64,000 nucleotides of DNA from the NCBI RefSeq assembly GCF_006345805.1, contig NC_043002.1, positions 118,172,001-118,236,000 on the forward strand, given 5' to 3'. Every line of letters begins with the position of its first letter. The first letter of the stretch is position 1. Below are positions 13,046 through 28,277 of the stretch, piece after piece. Under the pieces are notes generated by a model. That model saw nothing but the letters and a program-made list of their open reading frames with translations, was not told where the DNA came from and searched no databases. This stretch comes from Octopus sinensis (Eukaryota). Position numbers and translations under genes: made by a program.

Positions 13046-13273
13046 TTAACCCTTTAGCATTTAAACCAGTCATATCTGGCCAAAGTATTCTACCTGTTTA
13101 ATGTTCAAACTGGCCATATCTGGCCTCTTACAAAAACCCTACAATATCATTCTAAAAATCCATAGTTGCCTCATCAAAATCTCAGAGCTACAAGATAATG
13201 CATGATTAATTCAAAACAATACAATTTAAAAAGCATTACTTTTAAGAGAATAATGTGAATGCTAAAGGGTTAA
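13046..13273. mobile_element. piggyBac-type MITE, family 1
   Basis: TTAA TSD; TIRs CCCTTTAGCATT / AATGCTAAAGGG; related copy at 57524-57738. Confidence 0.85.
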
Positions 13274-15599
13274 GTCAATGTTAATCAATAATTACTAACT
13301 TTGATGAATTAAAAACTATGATAAATTACTTTACTCAAATGTTTGATGGCAGCTTTGAAGTGAGTACAAAGATTTTAATGATGCAGATCATATTTTAAGA
13401 TGTTAGTGGATAAAAATGTTTATAAAATGAAATCTGATTTTCTAATATATTTGAAAAAAAAGTAGTTGTAGAAATAAGAGTAATTGAAAAAGGTATTTGT
13501 TGTAGAACTGAGAGTAGTTGATTGGATCGTGTAGAGGAGGTGCTTCGAAAGTCCAGTCCATCATCTCAGGAATAGCAGATGGTAAAGATGGATGGATGGA
13601 AATGAAAGTAATCAAGGGAACTTTATAATCAAATACAAACAATAAAAGAGTAAAAGCTGAATACTCATACTGAGATTGAAATGTCAAATTTTGAGAATCC
13701 ACAGATTTGTTTATATAGAGATGCATTCCAAACTATGCATTGATGAGGCAATTTTTTAAAGACAATAAAAACCGAATCAGTAACATCAGTTAAATTCCAT
13801 AAAGAAAAGCTCTTACTTTGAGCTGCTAAATTAATTCAGAAATGAACAATAAAGCAACATTAAGACAAAAAAAAAAAAAAGACCAAAACCCACAAAGAAA
13901 ATTATGGTATACCACCGATAAGATCAGCTTTTGATAAAATGTACTTAGAAAGATTAGTATCCCCTTGTGCATAGACCAAGCATACTTTTAGGAAACTAAT
14001 TTATTTCATAAATATACAAGTTAAGGCAAGTATCATTCACGTGTCTAAGTTTTACTGACCAAAATTTACTTAAATGAATTGCAATAATATTTTTGCTACC
14101 ATTCAAGACTGATTGATATTTCTCATGTGTAACTCAATAATCAATGACATTAAAAAGGCTGACTCATACCAAAGAAAAATTACTTTTATTTACATGTATC
14201 ATTTCAATATTGCTAATTTTTTTTTTTTATTTCATGAATGGCTCACATTAAAATCAGTTCAACAGAATTACGGTGAACTTAATGCTAACTTTACATTTAA
14301 ATCAGCAGATTTATAAATATGTTGCTTGTTGATTAAAAGTTTTAATTTTCCTGCTTTGTCAAATTTTTCTTCATATAGTTTCAAAACTATTTTCATTATT
14401 CAAAAAAGATGCAAAATTTTTATGTTACTTTTTACGAATCAAAACAATTAAACAAGGTTGAAACAAATAAAAGAATAAAACCAAGTGCAATATTATTTCG
14501 GTTTAGTAGTAAATAACTAGTATGCTAGAAGCCAAAATAAACATTTTTATGAAGTTATTTTGTGTATCACATATCACACAAATTGTGTATATGTATGCAG
14601 TTTGGCACACACAAACACACACATTGCCTATGTGTGCCAGTGATACACACACAAAACATTGTATGTATATGGATGCAAACATGCTCATATATAGATTTAA
14701 TATAAACCCAAGTCTATATGATGTTCTTCATAGTACAATTATTTAACAGCTTTATTTTGTGGATAACATTTTTTGATTTTTCTTTCAAGATGGACTGGAC
14801 AACATGTGAAGATGGAACTTGTGAGAAGGAAGTTAAGAACTTTCACTGTTGGTGTTCTAGGAAAAGGATCGATAATTTTGTTTATTTTTAATGCAATATC
14901 AGTTTGATTATTAGAAATCTCCAAGTTAGCTTCATTTAGCTGTTTGTTAGAGTCAATATTTAGATTTCATTCAGCCATGTTGAAGCAAATGAAATTCCAT
15001 TGATTAAAAACTCATTTTCTCTTAATTTGCTCTTCACTGACGGAGCTTGACTGATGCCCGTCATATTCTCTCCTTATATATCAGCATCATAGTTATCATT
15101 TCAATGTTGATTTTCCCATGCTTGCATGGATTAGATAGAATTCATTGAGGTACATTTTCTCTTCTTGTTTCCAAGCAAGCTAATCATCCTCTAGTCTGTC
15201 AAACAATGAACAGCCTGGACGTAGTTACACAGTGAATTGGAAACAAGCAACACTGAATGAGCCTATTGTTTGTTTACAATCAGTGAGCACATTTCACAAA
15301 CACACACAAAATTCATTAAAGTGGTGAATTCAGGGATTTAGAATTTAAAAAAAAAAAAGAAAGACTAACAAAAACAATTTAAAAATAGCAATTAAGAATT
15401 TTTCCATCATTCAAACAGAGATACAGTTAACAACAAACATGATGGCTGACTGACTCTAAGCAATTTAAAAATATTTTTAAAAATTGCTTCAACTGTGAGA
15501 AAGGTGACATTTGCAAAAGCTGTCTTACTCCAGTTGACAGTAAATAGTAGATTCTGCCCCACCAAAAATAGGGAAAGAAATATATATGCATATACACAC

Positions 15600-15690
15600 C
15601 ACATATTCCTTGTGTTTCTTTTGCTCAACTTTTACTTGTTCATCAGACCGAATTTCCATCTCCCGGAGCTGCTCCTCCAAAATGTGAACC
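15600..15690 (-). CDS. RAB11FIP4: Rab11-FIP3/4-like exon I (coiled coil)
   Basis: tctttggcag|...|gtgtgt; 91 nt, phase 2 to 0; KVHILEEQLREMEIRSDEQVKVEQKKHKEYV. Confidence 0.92.
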
Positions 15691-17303
15691 CTGCCAAAGA
15701 AAACAATACAATTCAGTTATAAACATAAAGAGATGCAACAATTTTGATCAGAAAGATCAATTTTAATAGAATTCTACCATTCTTAAATAAATTTTAGCTT
15801 GATAAAAAGTTTCCACCAACCTACATATCAGAGATGTGAAAAATGTAAAAACTAAAACTGACTTGGATACATCATTTTGGTGTACAATTTTTCTTCTTCT
15901 TTTTTTACCGATTTCAATTAGAATTTAAGTTTCTATTTCAGATATTTCACCCCTGTTTAACCTCGCCGATGCCAGCCATTGAGAGATCAGCCTTCAATGT
16001 GCTGCCTGTCTGCCATGAACTGCTCATATTAAACTGTATCTTAAATGAAACTTATTATATGAAAATGAACTTGAAATTTTAGTTGAAAGTTTCATCATTT
16101 TATTTAACAACTTTTTCCTTCTGAAACTGTATTTCTAATACCATCTCAATAATTAAATATTTTTTTCTATATCTTGAATATTTCATTATTATTTTCAGCA
16201 TTCTGAAAGGTACATGTTCTAGTAAGGATGTGATAGTATGTCAGTGTGACTGAAAAATGACCTCAGTTTGAGTGAGATATGTTGGTATGACTGATAATAT
16301 GCCAATGTGACTAAGAAAATACTGTATGACTAAGATATGATGCCAAGACAAGGACACACACACAATGGGCTTTTTCTCAGTTTCCATCAACCAATTCCAA
16401 TAACAAGGCTTTAGTTGAAGGTTAAACCCGAGGTGCCTTGCAAGGGGACTGAATCCAAAAACCACATGTGGTTGGGAAGCAAACATAGCTACACAACCAT
16501 ATTTATATGTTAATATATACTATATAGACTGGTCACAAGTCAAAATTTGAAAAAAATATATATAGTATAGAGCACAATACACAAACTATATATACTACAC
16601 AATACTATTTATACTAACTCAAGTTAATTAATTTTTATTAGAATGTATTAAAAGTTTTACAACTATCAACAAAAAATTGTGTCAGGCTAGATTACAGAAA
16701 TACTTTTGCCTGTGAGGTAATATTTAAACAAAAACAAATTGTGACTATTTCTGGAATGATCAAATTATAGCCATGAAGTAGGTGTGCAGAGAAAGATGTC
16801 GGCAAACTAGTTGAACATCTTTTAAATCATAGTAGTAGAAGAGCTTTTGAACCATTTACACAGTCTCCACTATAATTAGTTTAAGTAGGCAAAGTATTCC
16901 ACGCACAAAGAACAGAAAGAGAATTTTAAAAGGTAGGATATCAAAATAATTTTATTGATAATCAGTTCAGTCTTAAAAGACAAAAATGAAACTAATCTTT
17001 TCTAGAATAATATTTGATTGTAGCCAAACTAAATATGTGTGAATATGCATGTGGATATACGTGTGTGAGTGTGAGAAAGAAACTAATGTTTGATGAGTTT
17101 TCTGAGACTAAGCAGGAAAACTTGCTAAAGTTTGTACAGTAATACATGTAAATTTGAAATCAAATACAAAGAAAAGATAAGAAAAAAACTGAAGCAAACT
17201 TTTGCCAACCACAACACCACTCATGATTTCAGAAGTTCAAACATATTTTGTAATGTATTTTATTTTTACCAGTTCTTGATAAAAATAAGATGAACAATAT
17301 ATA

Positions 17304-17342
<39 letters not shown>

Positions 17343-18409
17343 CAGAGTTAAATGTGCTAGTTTATACCAAAATATACAAATAATAAAACATTTCTAATAT
17401 AAATATATTACAATGAACTGAATATATAAACTGTTTAAGCAAACCTTTGTCCCACCATAATTTAAACTCTTTCTCTCTAACTGTTTTCTTTATCAAAGCA
17501 ACAGCCAATGCAGAAAGCTAGTGTACTTCAACTGTACTGATTGTACTTAAAATAATTTTCTTCTTTAAATACCTTTTTCAAAATCTCACCGCATACTTTC
17601 TAACAACCCACTACATACAGCAAGCAGTCAGCTACAATTTTGGAGCAGTTTATTTTTCGAAATTAAACTGCTGTCCTTTCTAATTTAGCTGTCACAGTGA
17701 ACGATACATGCATTACACCAGCCTAATGTCTCGTGTGCAGGAAACTTAATACACATATACTATTACATACATAACATGTAGTAAAAAGTATAAAGGTAAT
17801 TTAAAATAATAGAAAAGGATAAAATTTTCAGATATTTTGTTACTTAAAATGTTAAATGATATAAGTATTTAAAAAATACTTTCTAAATTAGGAATGAAGA
17901 TCAACTAGATGACATGGAAAACTACAGCATTCATATTTTCCCAATGATATTAACACACACCATTTAAATAATATAGTACAAGTAAGGTAAATAAAGTAAC
18001 TAACTGTAGCTACCAATAATTGAAAAGCTCCTTTTAACTCTATTACTTATGTCAGTAACATTTTGTGGACTCTAATCAGATACAAATTAACAAAGTATTT
18101 ATCATGAAAAGAAGGAAATTTCTTTAATATATTTATCATTAACCAATCTTTAACTCATTAATAAATTTATCACCAACCACCCTTAATTAATTTTATAAAG
18201 TTGATAACAAGGATCTATTATTAACCCCAATATTCATTTAGTTTATCAATAACCTGTCAATTACTATCAGCACCAAACACTTTTATTCTGATAAAATATC
18301 ACCATTTCTTCAAGATTATACTTTGCTTCTTGCAAATAATAATTGATTCTACCAGCTATTCACCTTTATCAATAAAAATCCTTCATGATAATCTCCAACT
18401 GAAATTTGA

Positions 18410-18485
18410 CCACATGATGGCATTCCACATGATGGCATTCCACATGATGGCATTCCACATGATGGCATTCCACATGATGGCATTC
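18410..18485. repeat. 15-bp minisatellite (CCACATGATGGCATT)x5
   Basis: Five perfect tandem copies. Confidence 0.97.
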
Positions 18486-19944
18486 AACTGCATGTGTTCG
18501 TTTCCACCTTAACCTTCAGAATGACAATATCATTCTGGACTCTTTGAATTCTAATGTTGTTCTCATATTAACATTGGTCAAATTTCTTCACAATTTAACT
18601 TGTATTTAATAGCCAAGAAGTGTTTCAGTTGATACAGTTAAGGCTAAATTACAAACCAGAACAGAGTACTGCATACCTATTGAAAACATCTTAAATAATA
18701 TTCAAATTAATTCATTAGCCTGATTGATTCAGCCCATGCGAGCATGGAAGAAGGACACTGAACACTGATGATGATGATCTATTCTCAACTTTATCCCATA
18801 GCCACCAACTATCTAATTTTGCATCTTCTCCAAATACAACACTTAGGTACATGCCATTCATGCTCAAATCTATCCATTCCTTCCACTTATTGCTTTCCAC
18901 AATATATTTTCTTCCTAATTTTTACATTCAACTTTACATTTAATCTTTTCTTATAACTATTGCATTGTTGGATTCCCTTCAATGCTATGTATTTCAATCA
19001 AGTACTAACTTCACTAATTTATTATAAGCCACAAATTAAGTGCACCAATCTAAATCTTTCTACTTCTAAGCCGTAACATGAAATGTACCTTGTTATAAAT
19101 TATATCAATTTTTCTTAGAGACACCACTTAGCAATACTTAATTTCTATTTCAACTATAAATCTCTAAACTCAACACATTTTATACATACTTGTTTTATAA
19201 CGAGTAAAATTACAATACAGAGTATTACATATGATTAATTGAAAGTGTAGTTAAGCAAATCATTAAGAAAAAGATGAAATTTTCAAACTTTTTTAGTTCA
19301 AAACATCTTTTTTCAAGATTTATTTTATTTACATTACAAGTTTATTTACATTTCAACTATACCATAAATAAAGCTATCTTAAAAACTATCTATTTACATT
19401 ATATTTTGCCAAAGCTTTAAGTTTAGCAATCTGTTATATCTAAAGAGGTAATAAAGCAAATAATTTGTGACATTAAAGATATAGCAACAAAGCCAAACCT
19501 AATAATTTCATTCAATTAAATAAATAGAATGAGTAATTCACTGTATACACATAACCCTCCAATTCTACAAAAAATTTAGTATTTATTCAATATCACAAGC
19601 TAATAATAGCCTTTTAGCACTCAAAATGCTCTATTCAGAATGTATATGCTAAGTGTTTAAAGCAGCTAATTTTAATGGAAATGTTGATTTTCACTAACAA
19701 AAATGATTTGTATAAATTGTAAATATAATTTAGGCTTTGTTAATCTTTTTTTTTTTTGAGTATTTCCAGATAACTGTTTTCCTGTTGGGGAAGCATTCTT
19801 GTCGATAATTGTGAACAGGAGTAGAAAAGTTACAATAGAGTTTCTTTACTTGGAGTTCTTTTGAAAACTTTATTTATGAAACATTTACACAAAGAGATGT
19901 ATTTAGTTGTGGCTGACTGATTAGAAAGTGATACATTCAAATAT

Positions 19945-20100
19945 TGGTTTTAAAATTTGGCACAAGACTAACAAGTAAACCCAGTGCTCAACTGGTACTT
20001 ATTTTATCAACCCCAAAAGGATGAAAAGCAAAGTTGACCATGGCAAAATTTGAACTCAGAATGTAAAGACAGATGAAATGCTAAGTATTTTGCCAGGTGA
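19945..20100 (-). mobile_element. SINE family C copy
   Basis: ccagtgctcaactggtacttattttatcaacccc..aaagttgacc..tttgaactcagaatgtaaag. Confidence 0.8.
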
Positions 20101-22638
20101 CACATTCAAATATTGATACTAATTTTATATTGTGTCAGACAAAACAGAGTGCTGCTCAATATCATAGTTCTGATGTCACAGTCAAGTTCACATAAAAATT
20201 TAAAAAATAAATCACAAGAAGACTTTATAATTTATAGAAGCTGAACTGAACAAATCCTTTAAAATATTCTAGATATAAATGTCAAAAAAACTTTAAATTT
20301 AAGCTACAGTTAAGAGATTGCTATTAAAAGTTGTTAACTTTTACAAAAGAAGAAAATACTATTATACCAAACAATTAGGAATTATTAAACAACCAAATGT
20401 GAAGAAAAAAAATCCTTAAAAATAATTATGTTCCACAAAAGGAACATATAAGTGAATGCCTGACATTAATCACTTTAAATATCAAATACATATTTAAAAA
20501 AAAATGTTATTTATTAACAATACTTTAGAGGAGACTATAGACTCATTTCAGTTACCATAATCCTAATTTCAAGAGCTACTAGTCAAATTAACTACATTTC
20601 ATGTAGATTAAAATCAATCTATCATCTACAATAATACAACAGTTAAAAATCGAAAACAATTTCACATTGCTATCAAAACTGTTTATTTCTGTAACTAAAA
20701 TCAGAATCTTGGTTTTATTTAATATCATTATTATGGAGAAAATATGTGAAATGTTAGCAGTAAACAAAGAGAATAAAATGAACCTTAATCATAAGAAATT
20801 TCTTCAATAAGGTGGGTCATTTCTTTTTTTTAAAACTTAACTAATTCCAAAGTTATTACCTTCTAGGTTTGGCTCTTTCATCCCATACAAATATTTGATA
20901 GAAGTATTAACCTAATTCATGTGACAAATGCTATAATATATTGATTGAAACCCATACACAGGTGTATTAAACTGCATGAATATTTACTATATAAGGTTTA
21001 GGCTTAGCCATACTGACTACTGATAATGAATGACTCATTCATCACAGAGAAAGAAAGAAAACAGCGGAAGAGGTTTGAACTAAATACAAATAGTTTTACT
21101 AAGCGTTTACCGAGATCAACAGCCAGAAGTGAAAATATGTTATTTAGCTGAGTATAGGCAAGAAAATAGAATGACTTTATGTAAATAAATAGGATCATAA
21201 AGTTGGAAAGGGATACAATTGTCTGAAAAAATATGAATAAAATTTTAAAAAAGTAAATCATTTACCATAGTTAGTTTTAACAAAAAATGAATTTAAAAAG
21301 TATGATCTTAAGGAAAGGATAAAATATAGTATTATCAAAATTAGTTCCTACAATGAAACGCTAAATCTCAAAAGTAAATAGTCTTGTTTTATTAACATTT
21401 CCTTTTAGTGACATTAAATATTACAAGATTTTAAGAATACTTTGAAGCTAAAGGAAATCTAATAAAATCATTTCAACAGCAGACTAGACACTATTAAGTA
21501 AATATATTGGAAACCACAACACATGGTGAAACACTATACAACCCATACTAGCATGAAAATGATGATGATGTGTATGAATACGGTTAGACAAAATGAAATA
21601 TATAACAATAAGATACAAAAATGTTTATTACAAAGAACATATACGATGCTTTTACTGAAGACAACTTCATGCAGACAAATATATATAAGAATTGAAAGAA
21701 AAAAAATTTTTAACTTCTGTCTTAAAATGTTTTAATTTATTGAACTGGTTAACCTCATCTTATACTCCCTTTTTTTCTTTTTTGTGGACAGAATTTTCCA
21801 TTTTTATGATTCTGGTATTATCCTTTGAAAAATAGTAAGGTAAGACTATAGGTGAAAGACAAATAATTGTTGTCCTTATTTTCTCTTGCTTTTAGAACTA
21901 CTTTAACCTTATCAACAACATTTTAAAGTTTAAAAGATATATAGAACCATACATAGCAGTTTAACAGATTTACGAAATGTTATTAAAGTACTTGAGAACT
22001 AACTGTTTCCCTTTGAGAAACTATTAGTGAAACTACTGCTTTGGAACTAACTGTTTTATGTGATTGATAACCTAATACATTAAACTACTTCAGAGTTAAG
22101 TGTTTTATGTGAAAAACCAGTATGGAAATAATTAATTCAGCTAGTTACTAATGTAAAATCATCAACTCTTATCACTTAAGGAGATTTATATAGAAAAACA
22201 CAAGTAACTCGTAATCATATAATTAAAGATGAATATGTTATTGAGGGTTTTACAGCTGGATGCCCTTCCTGTCATGAACCCTTTTTCAGACAGTGTATCT
22301 AAAACTTCATTATATTTCATTATCCAGTGTCTTTCTTTTTCTAAGAGGTCAGATTGTGATTTGAGAGAATTGGCTACTATTTTTAGCAGGTCAAACAACT
22401 ACATAAAAGGTTCCTTGTCGGCTCCAAATCACAACTGTACAAGACAAGAAATGGTAGCATAATTTGAATATAACTAGACACAATATTTCATGTTTAACTG
22501 ACTTTAAGGCCAACTACCAGATTATTTTATATTAAAGATGTAAAAAAACATTGGATTAACTTGATTACATAACTAACACCCTATCTTTTACAAGATAACA
22601 CATTCATGCAACTGAGACGAAATTGCAAACTGAGAATA

Positions 22639-22677
<39 letters not shown>

Positions 22678-23964
22678 GAAGTGAAAAAGAGAAAGAAAAA
22701 TGAGCAGATCATATTACATTAACTATACTGTTTTCCTTGTACAAGGATAGCCTTATTTGTAGAAAAATAAAAGAAAGTTTGATTTTATTCTATTTGTGGA
22801 GAAAATCAGCATTTTTTAAAACCAATTTCAGGAAAAAGAATTCAAAAAAGTAGATTAAAAAAAAAAAGAAAGAAAAAAAGACAAATTTCACTGCTAATAG
22901 AGAATGTATTCTAATACACATTGCTTGATAATTGACCAGGGTGGCCATCAGGGTACGATTGTATTATCCTGTTAGTCAAGAAAGAAAGTAATTAATACTT
23001 ATTTCCAACAGAAAAGTTCTATGTTCTTTAGTTAGCAATTTCACTCATTGTCAACAGGGAGAAAAAAAAAGTAGCCTCAGTTCTTTCTTAAGCTTTAGAT
23101 ATTACAAGTAGCTAAATCTAAGTTTTATTTATAAACAAGACAGAAAAATCATGCAATTACATGATACATCTTCAAAATATTTGATTCAAGTAAAAAAGTA
23201 ACAACAACAGGTAACGTAACAACAACACTTATAAGTTGAAAACACATGCATATATGTTTAATCCTCAAGTGAGGCTAGCATTTAAAAACCATAATTATTT
23301 TCAAATTAATAGAAAGGACAAAAAAAAACATTCAATATTTTGGCAAAGACTTCCCCCATGCTTTTGTCTTGAAGATTGAAACACAGTCATGATGCATTAG
23401 ATAATTAAGTGTCTTGTAATTGCAATAAATTAGCTAAAGTATTTTTAAATTTTACTATAACACCATCCATGCAATTTATGCTAGGAAAATTAATATGCAT
23501 ATTTGCTCAAGATGCAGCTACAAACAAACAAAAAAATCTGAAATCAAATTTCTCATTCAGAACATACATAATTTCCAGGCAAAAATTCTGTAACTTACCG
23601 ATAAACGATATCACTAAAAATAGTGAGGGGAAAAAAAAAAAAAATCACAGTTTTTTTGTTTTCTCAAATAAATTTAAAATTATAAATGTATATGCTAACA
23701 GATCTTAAAGTGCAAACAGAATAGGAAAGTATTGAAACATAATGAGTTCTTTGTGTGGATCTTATTATTATAAAGCATTTATAGTGCACAGATACTATTA
23801 TGTTAACTAATCAAAGGGTAATTTTAAAATAGTATATATACTTATGCTAGATGCTGGAGCACATTATTTTCATGAAAAAGAAAAAGTACTTCAGGACATT
23901 GCTGTCCTGAGCCTATGACCCAGAGTATATGTGATTGAGATCACAATATTGCCCCTGAAAAAGA

Positions 23965-24112
23965 AGTCAGTCCATTACAGGGTCACTCATTTGCAACTGA
24001 GTGGACTGGAGCAATATCAAATTAAGTGCTTTGCTCAAAAACACAATATACCACCTATATAGGAAACTGAAACCACAATCTTGCAATCCTGAGTGTAACA
24101 CCTTGGCCATGA
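23965..24112 (-). mobile_element. Degenerate SINE related to family A
   Basis: Reverse complement has tggccaaggtgtta..caggattgtggtttcag..gtgtttttgagcaaagcactt..gctccagtccactcag. Confidence 0.6.
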
Positions 24113-25266
24113 GGCTACATGATTTCGGGGTTACAAAATCTACACAAAAGCTCTTCAATGCTTTTTATTTTAGCTTCTTTTATATTATTAAATAATTAAA
24201 AAGCCTTAATCATAAAATTTTTTTATAAAAACAGAAAGGCATTTCTTCAAATTAAAACTTTATTTTTATACTAAATGACTTTTGCCATCTTAATTGTTGT
24301 TTCTCGATAAGGTCTGTGGTGCTCCATCATCCAAATAAATTATTATAGCAGTTGTAATTCTGTCTGATATTGAAAAGGAAATCAAATGTAAATTCAATTA
24401 ACAAGAATGTAAGTTTGATTAATAAGTTTCCATAAATACATGATGTATTTGATGGTTGACAAAGACCACCAAATGCATGATTATATTATTTTCATTGATT
24501 GTCAAATCTATTTATTCATGTCATATTTTGCTGGTTCTAATCAAAGATATAAGTATGAATTATTGAACAAAGATTTTACAATACTAACCCCTCAACAGTG
24601 AACTGAAAGCGAACACATTTTCAAATAATTTTACTGAGTAAGCAAACTAATGAACATGTGTAACATTTTAACTACAGTAACCAACTAAATGAAATCATTT
24701 TCACAAACGTCTATGTGAATACCCATCATTAACAGAAAGTTTAAACTAAAAAGGAAAAGAAATCTTTTTTTTCCAAACTACTTATTCTCATCATGTGCTT
24801 CATTTTGGTCACTGTATGTAAATTTAGGGAACTGAATCAAATTAACTCCTCCCCTTTTCAATGATTATTTTACTTTGGTGCAATGAATTCTACTGCTACT
24901 CTGTGCATTTTTGAATTATCATTAGCTCTCCAAATAACAAACAGAACGACAAGAGATAAGATTTACACTTGTAACCATAGGTCAAAGATAAAATTCAGAA
25001 AACTTACAGCTATATTTTTTTATACAATAAAATTTTACAAAGATTTCTGATTGACATCCTTGCATTTTACAGATTCTCAAAAAAAAGTAAGCATCAATAT
25101 ATTCAGTCTCATATATTATTCTTATAAAATCCCAAATTTTTGTTACATTAATAAAAAAAAAAAAAATGAAAAATTTATTGCACTTTTGACATTATTTTGA
25201 TTTGATGATCTGTTAGTTACTGGACATTTTTTAATATCAATTATATAAAATGTTTTAAGGACTTAC

Positions 25267-25370
25267 TTTTGAATAAGACTACAGTTTTCTTCTTTTAATC
25301 TTTGATGCTTATCGTCATTCTTCATTTGGCTTTCAGTCAAAAGTGAAATTTGCTTTTCAAGACTTCTTAC
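25267..25370 (-). CDS. RAB11FIP4: Rab11-FIP3/4-like exon H (start of coiled coil)
   Basis: tttctag|...|gtaagt; 104 nt, phase 0 to 2; VRSLEKQISLLTESQMKNDDKHQRLKEENCSLIQ resembles FIP4 ..LEKKV..L...LKQENTQLV. Confidence 0.92.
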
Positions 25371-25614
25371 CTAGAAAGCAAAAGTAATTAAAAATCAAAT
25401 CTATAGAAATATTTTTAGATATCATCATTATCATTATTATAGTTTTTCTACTGAATCCATTCTATATTTTAATTTAAAGGTCAGTCAAACTGATTATTAA
25501 GAGAGGTCCAACCCATGCTAGCATGGAAGACGGATGCTAAACGACGATGATGATGATGATGATGAAATTGATTAATAATTCCATTACAAATTTGGAACTA
25601 ATAATAAAGTATCT

Positions 25615-26117
25615 TTTATTTTTTACTTATTTCAGTCATTAAACTGTTGTTATCTTGAGGCAACACCTTGAAGGGTTTAGCCAAACAAATTGACCCCTGT
25701 ACTTTATTTTTATCTAAGCCTGGTACTTACACTACTGCTCTTTTTTTACTAAAGTTGCAGAGAAGTAAAAACAGCAACAATGGTTGTCACATGGGGTGGT
25801 GGGAACAAATACAAACACACACCACAAAAATCATCATCATTTAACATTTGTTTTCTATGGTGGTGTGGGTTAGGCAGTTTCTAGTTGTCTGTTTTGGCAT
25901 CGCTTCTATGGCTGGATGCCCTTCCTAATGCCAACCACTTTACAGAGTATGCAGGGTGTTTTTTATATGTCACTAGCAGAAAAACACACACACAAATATG
26001 ATAGGATTCCTTCAGTTTCCATTTACCAAATACACTCACTTCCTGAGGCTACGGAAGAGAACACTTGTTCAAGGTGCTCTGCGGTGGGAGTGAACCAGAA
26101 GTAAACTTCTTGCCACA
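25615..26117 (-). mobile_element. SINE family D copy with a nested RTE-tail fragment (~25830-25975)
   Basis: Flanks colinear with 32651-33011; interrupted by catcatcatttaac..ggctggatgcccttcctaatgccaacc. Confidence 0.7.
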
Positions 26118-26359
26118 CAAGATGTAGATGGAAATTGTGCTTAAGACAAAAAGAGAAAGTACAATGCAGAAAAACAAAAACAAAAAGAAATGGAAAAACA
26201 AAACATTGTTACAGTAAGGTTGGGTCAAAGAAGTATTTGTGTATAAGAAAGCTTACACAAGAGTGGACCAAAGAGGCATTTAGAGAAAGACAATACCGTC
26301 AACATTGATAGATTTATCCATACAAATATGGTGGCTACAAGAAATGTATATGTACTTAC

Positions 26360-26462
26360 TTTGTCATTTAATACTTCAAAATTACCATCAATATCATCAA
26401 TAAGTTCATCAGAACCTATGCTGTTTCTTCTAGATGGGCTACGACTAGCTCGTTGCAACTGA
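26360..26462 (-). CDS. RAB11FIP4: Rab11-FIP3/4-like exon G
   Basis: tttctag|...|gtaagt; 103 nt, phase 2 to 0; SQLQRASRSPSRRNSIGSDELIDDIDGNFEVLNDK (inside track ORF 26225-26497). Confidence 0.9.
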
Positions 26463-28277
26463 CTAGAAATAGAAAAGAAATCCTCAATTTTCTTCAATGT
26501 TTTTCAACATCAAATATAAAGATAAGAATAAAAGATAAGCTAACCTGTTATGGTGGCTCTACATGTTCATAAACAGTATGTATCTAGTGTACTAAAGTAA
26601 AATTGAGACATTTCTCATAAGTATTCATTATTCTAGCAAAAAGTTTGTCTCGTCTGCTTATTCCCTAACTGAATCAAGCTCAGTCAATATTATTCAAACT
26701 AATCAATAATTGTGATTTTTCACTGTTCACTAGAATCCATACTTTTTCATTTAACTACATCACCAGAAAATAATGATATAATCAATTATTCATAGGTGGT
26801 TTCTAATGTTTCAGGTAACCATTAGAATAGGTATAGTTCCCAACTCTCTGAACATTTATAGTAGATCCTCTTCTTTCATTGCTTTTTAACTGATAACTGA
26901 TAGGAAATCCTATTGATGTCAATATGAGTAAAGATTCTCTGAACTTCTTCCCAGTGAGCAAAACTTTTTGACCATTTCTGTGTAAAATAAATCTAAAACT
27001 TTAAAAGCTTCATGGCTAATTAATTAATCAATTAAAATAGATTCACATTAGATATGAGATTAATAACATTTTGAAGTTTAACTTAATAGAGGTGAAAAAG
27101 GAGAAACATAAGCAAATTTCAAGTACAAATATTTTGCAGAAATTTTTTTTTAAATATAAAAGTAAATTATACCAGGACAGATCACCACCACTGTTTTCAA
27201 AGAATTTAAGCTTTCATGCAAAAGATCGGCAACAGATCAACAGCAGGAACCTTTTCAATTTGTGTCAAGTATGCCAGTAATTTAATTTCCTAGATATTAA
27301 TCTTATCTTTGCAATAAGATGGACCAAAGATCTTAAATAATTCTCAATCTCACAATCCAAATATAAGATTTATAATTTGGTTTTGAAAATTATCTTTTAA
27401 ATCGTATACATATTTCATAGAGTTTTAAGATATGTTCATTAAATTTATTGTTTCAAACATAAAGTGTATATTATATCTGTTGCAAACAGTTTATATCAGA
27501 ATTACTCCATTTACTTATTTACTGATTTAAATTTATCTTTGAATATATGTGCTTCTGTAGGTTTGGTTAGTCTTTCATTGTCTTTTAGATGGTAAACATG
27601 AGATGCTCATTCCCCATTTTTAGTTACCAGCACTTTTGTTCATTGCCCCCTGCTCCAATGAATTACCTTTCATATTCATTGCTGTTTTGTTTTTTTATTA
27701 TTGTTGTTAATATTAATACTATTAATACATTTATCTCTCTTTTCCTTTCCTACCTAAACTCTCTCCTTTTATCTTACCGACCATCTCTCTTTGTAAATTA
27801 AAAACATTTTCCTCTATCTAGGTTTACAAACGATAAAGTTGTTCTAAAGATATTCTCTTTCCTCTTAGAAATCCCCCCCCCCCTCAATTCACCTTCTGGG
27901 ATTAGGGTGTTGAAAATACATGTAATTTCTAACCGCCACTCCCAATGTACACACTAGCCCCACACCCTCTATCACGATTTCCAAGAAACCTCTCATGATG
28001 CATTCCCTTGAAAATGCTATTATGCAGCATCACTTTGAAAATGTCTAGAGACCCCAGTGGCTCATATTTTCAAACTCATGATATTCAGTTACTTTCAATC
28101 TTCTCTCTGCCTCTCACCTGTTCACCTTTTCTCTCTCAACCCACACAGAGTCACTATACACGTTTATTCGATATTTATGCATGTGTCAAAGTTAACATCA
28201 ATCTACATCTAAGACATTCCTTGCATCAGTTATCAAAATAGATTGAGCTAACTGGATTAAATTCTATGTCAAGCATT

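Noticed and set aside
24280-24365. Exon-like stretch (minus; MMEHHRPYRETTIKMAK)
   Set aside because: The phase required between exons H and I contains a stop, and the donor is weak.
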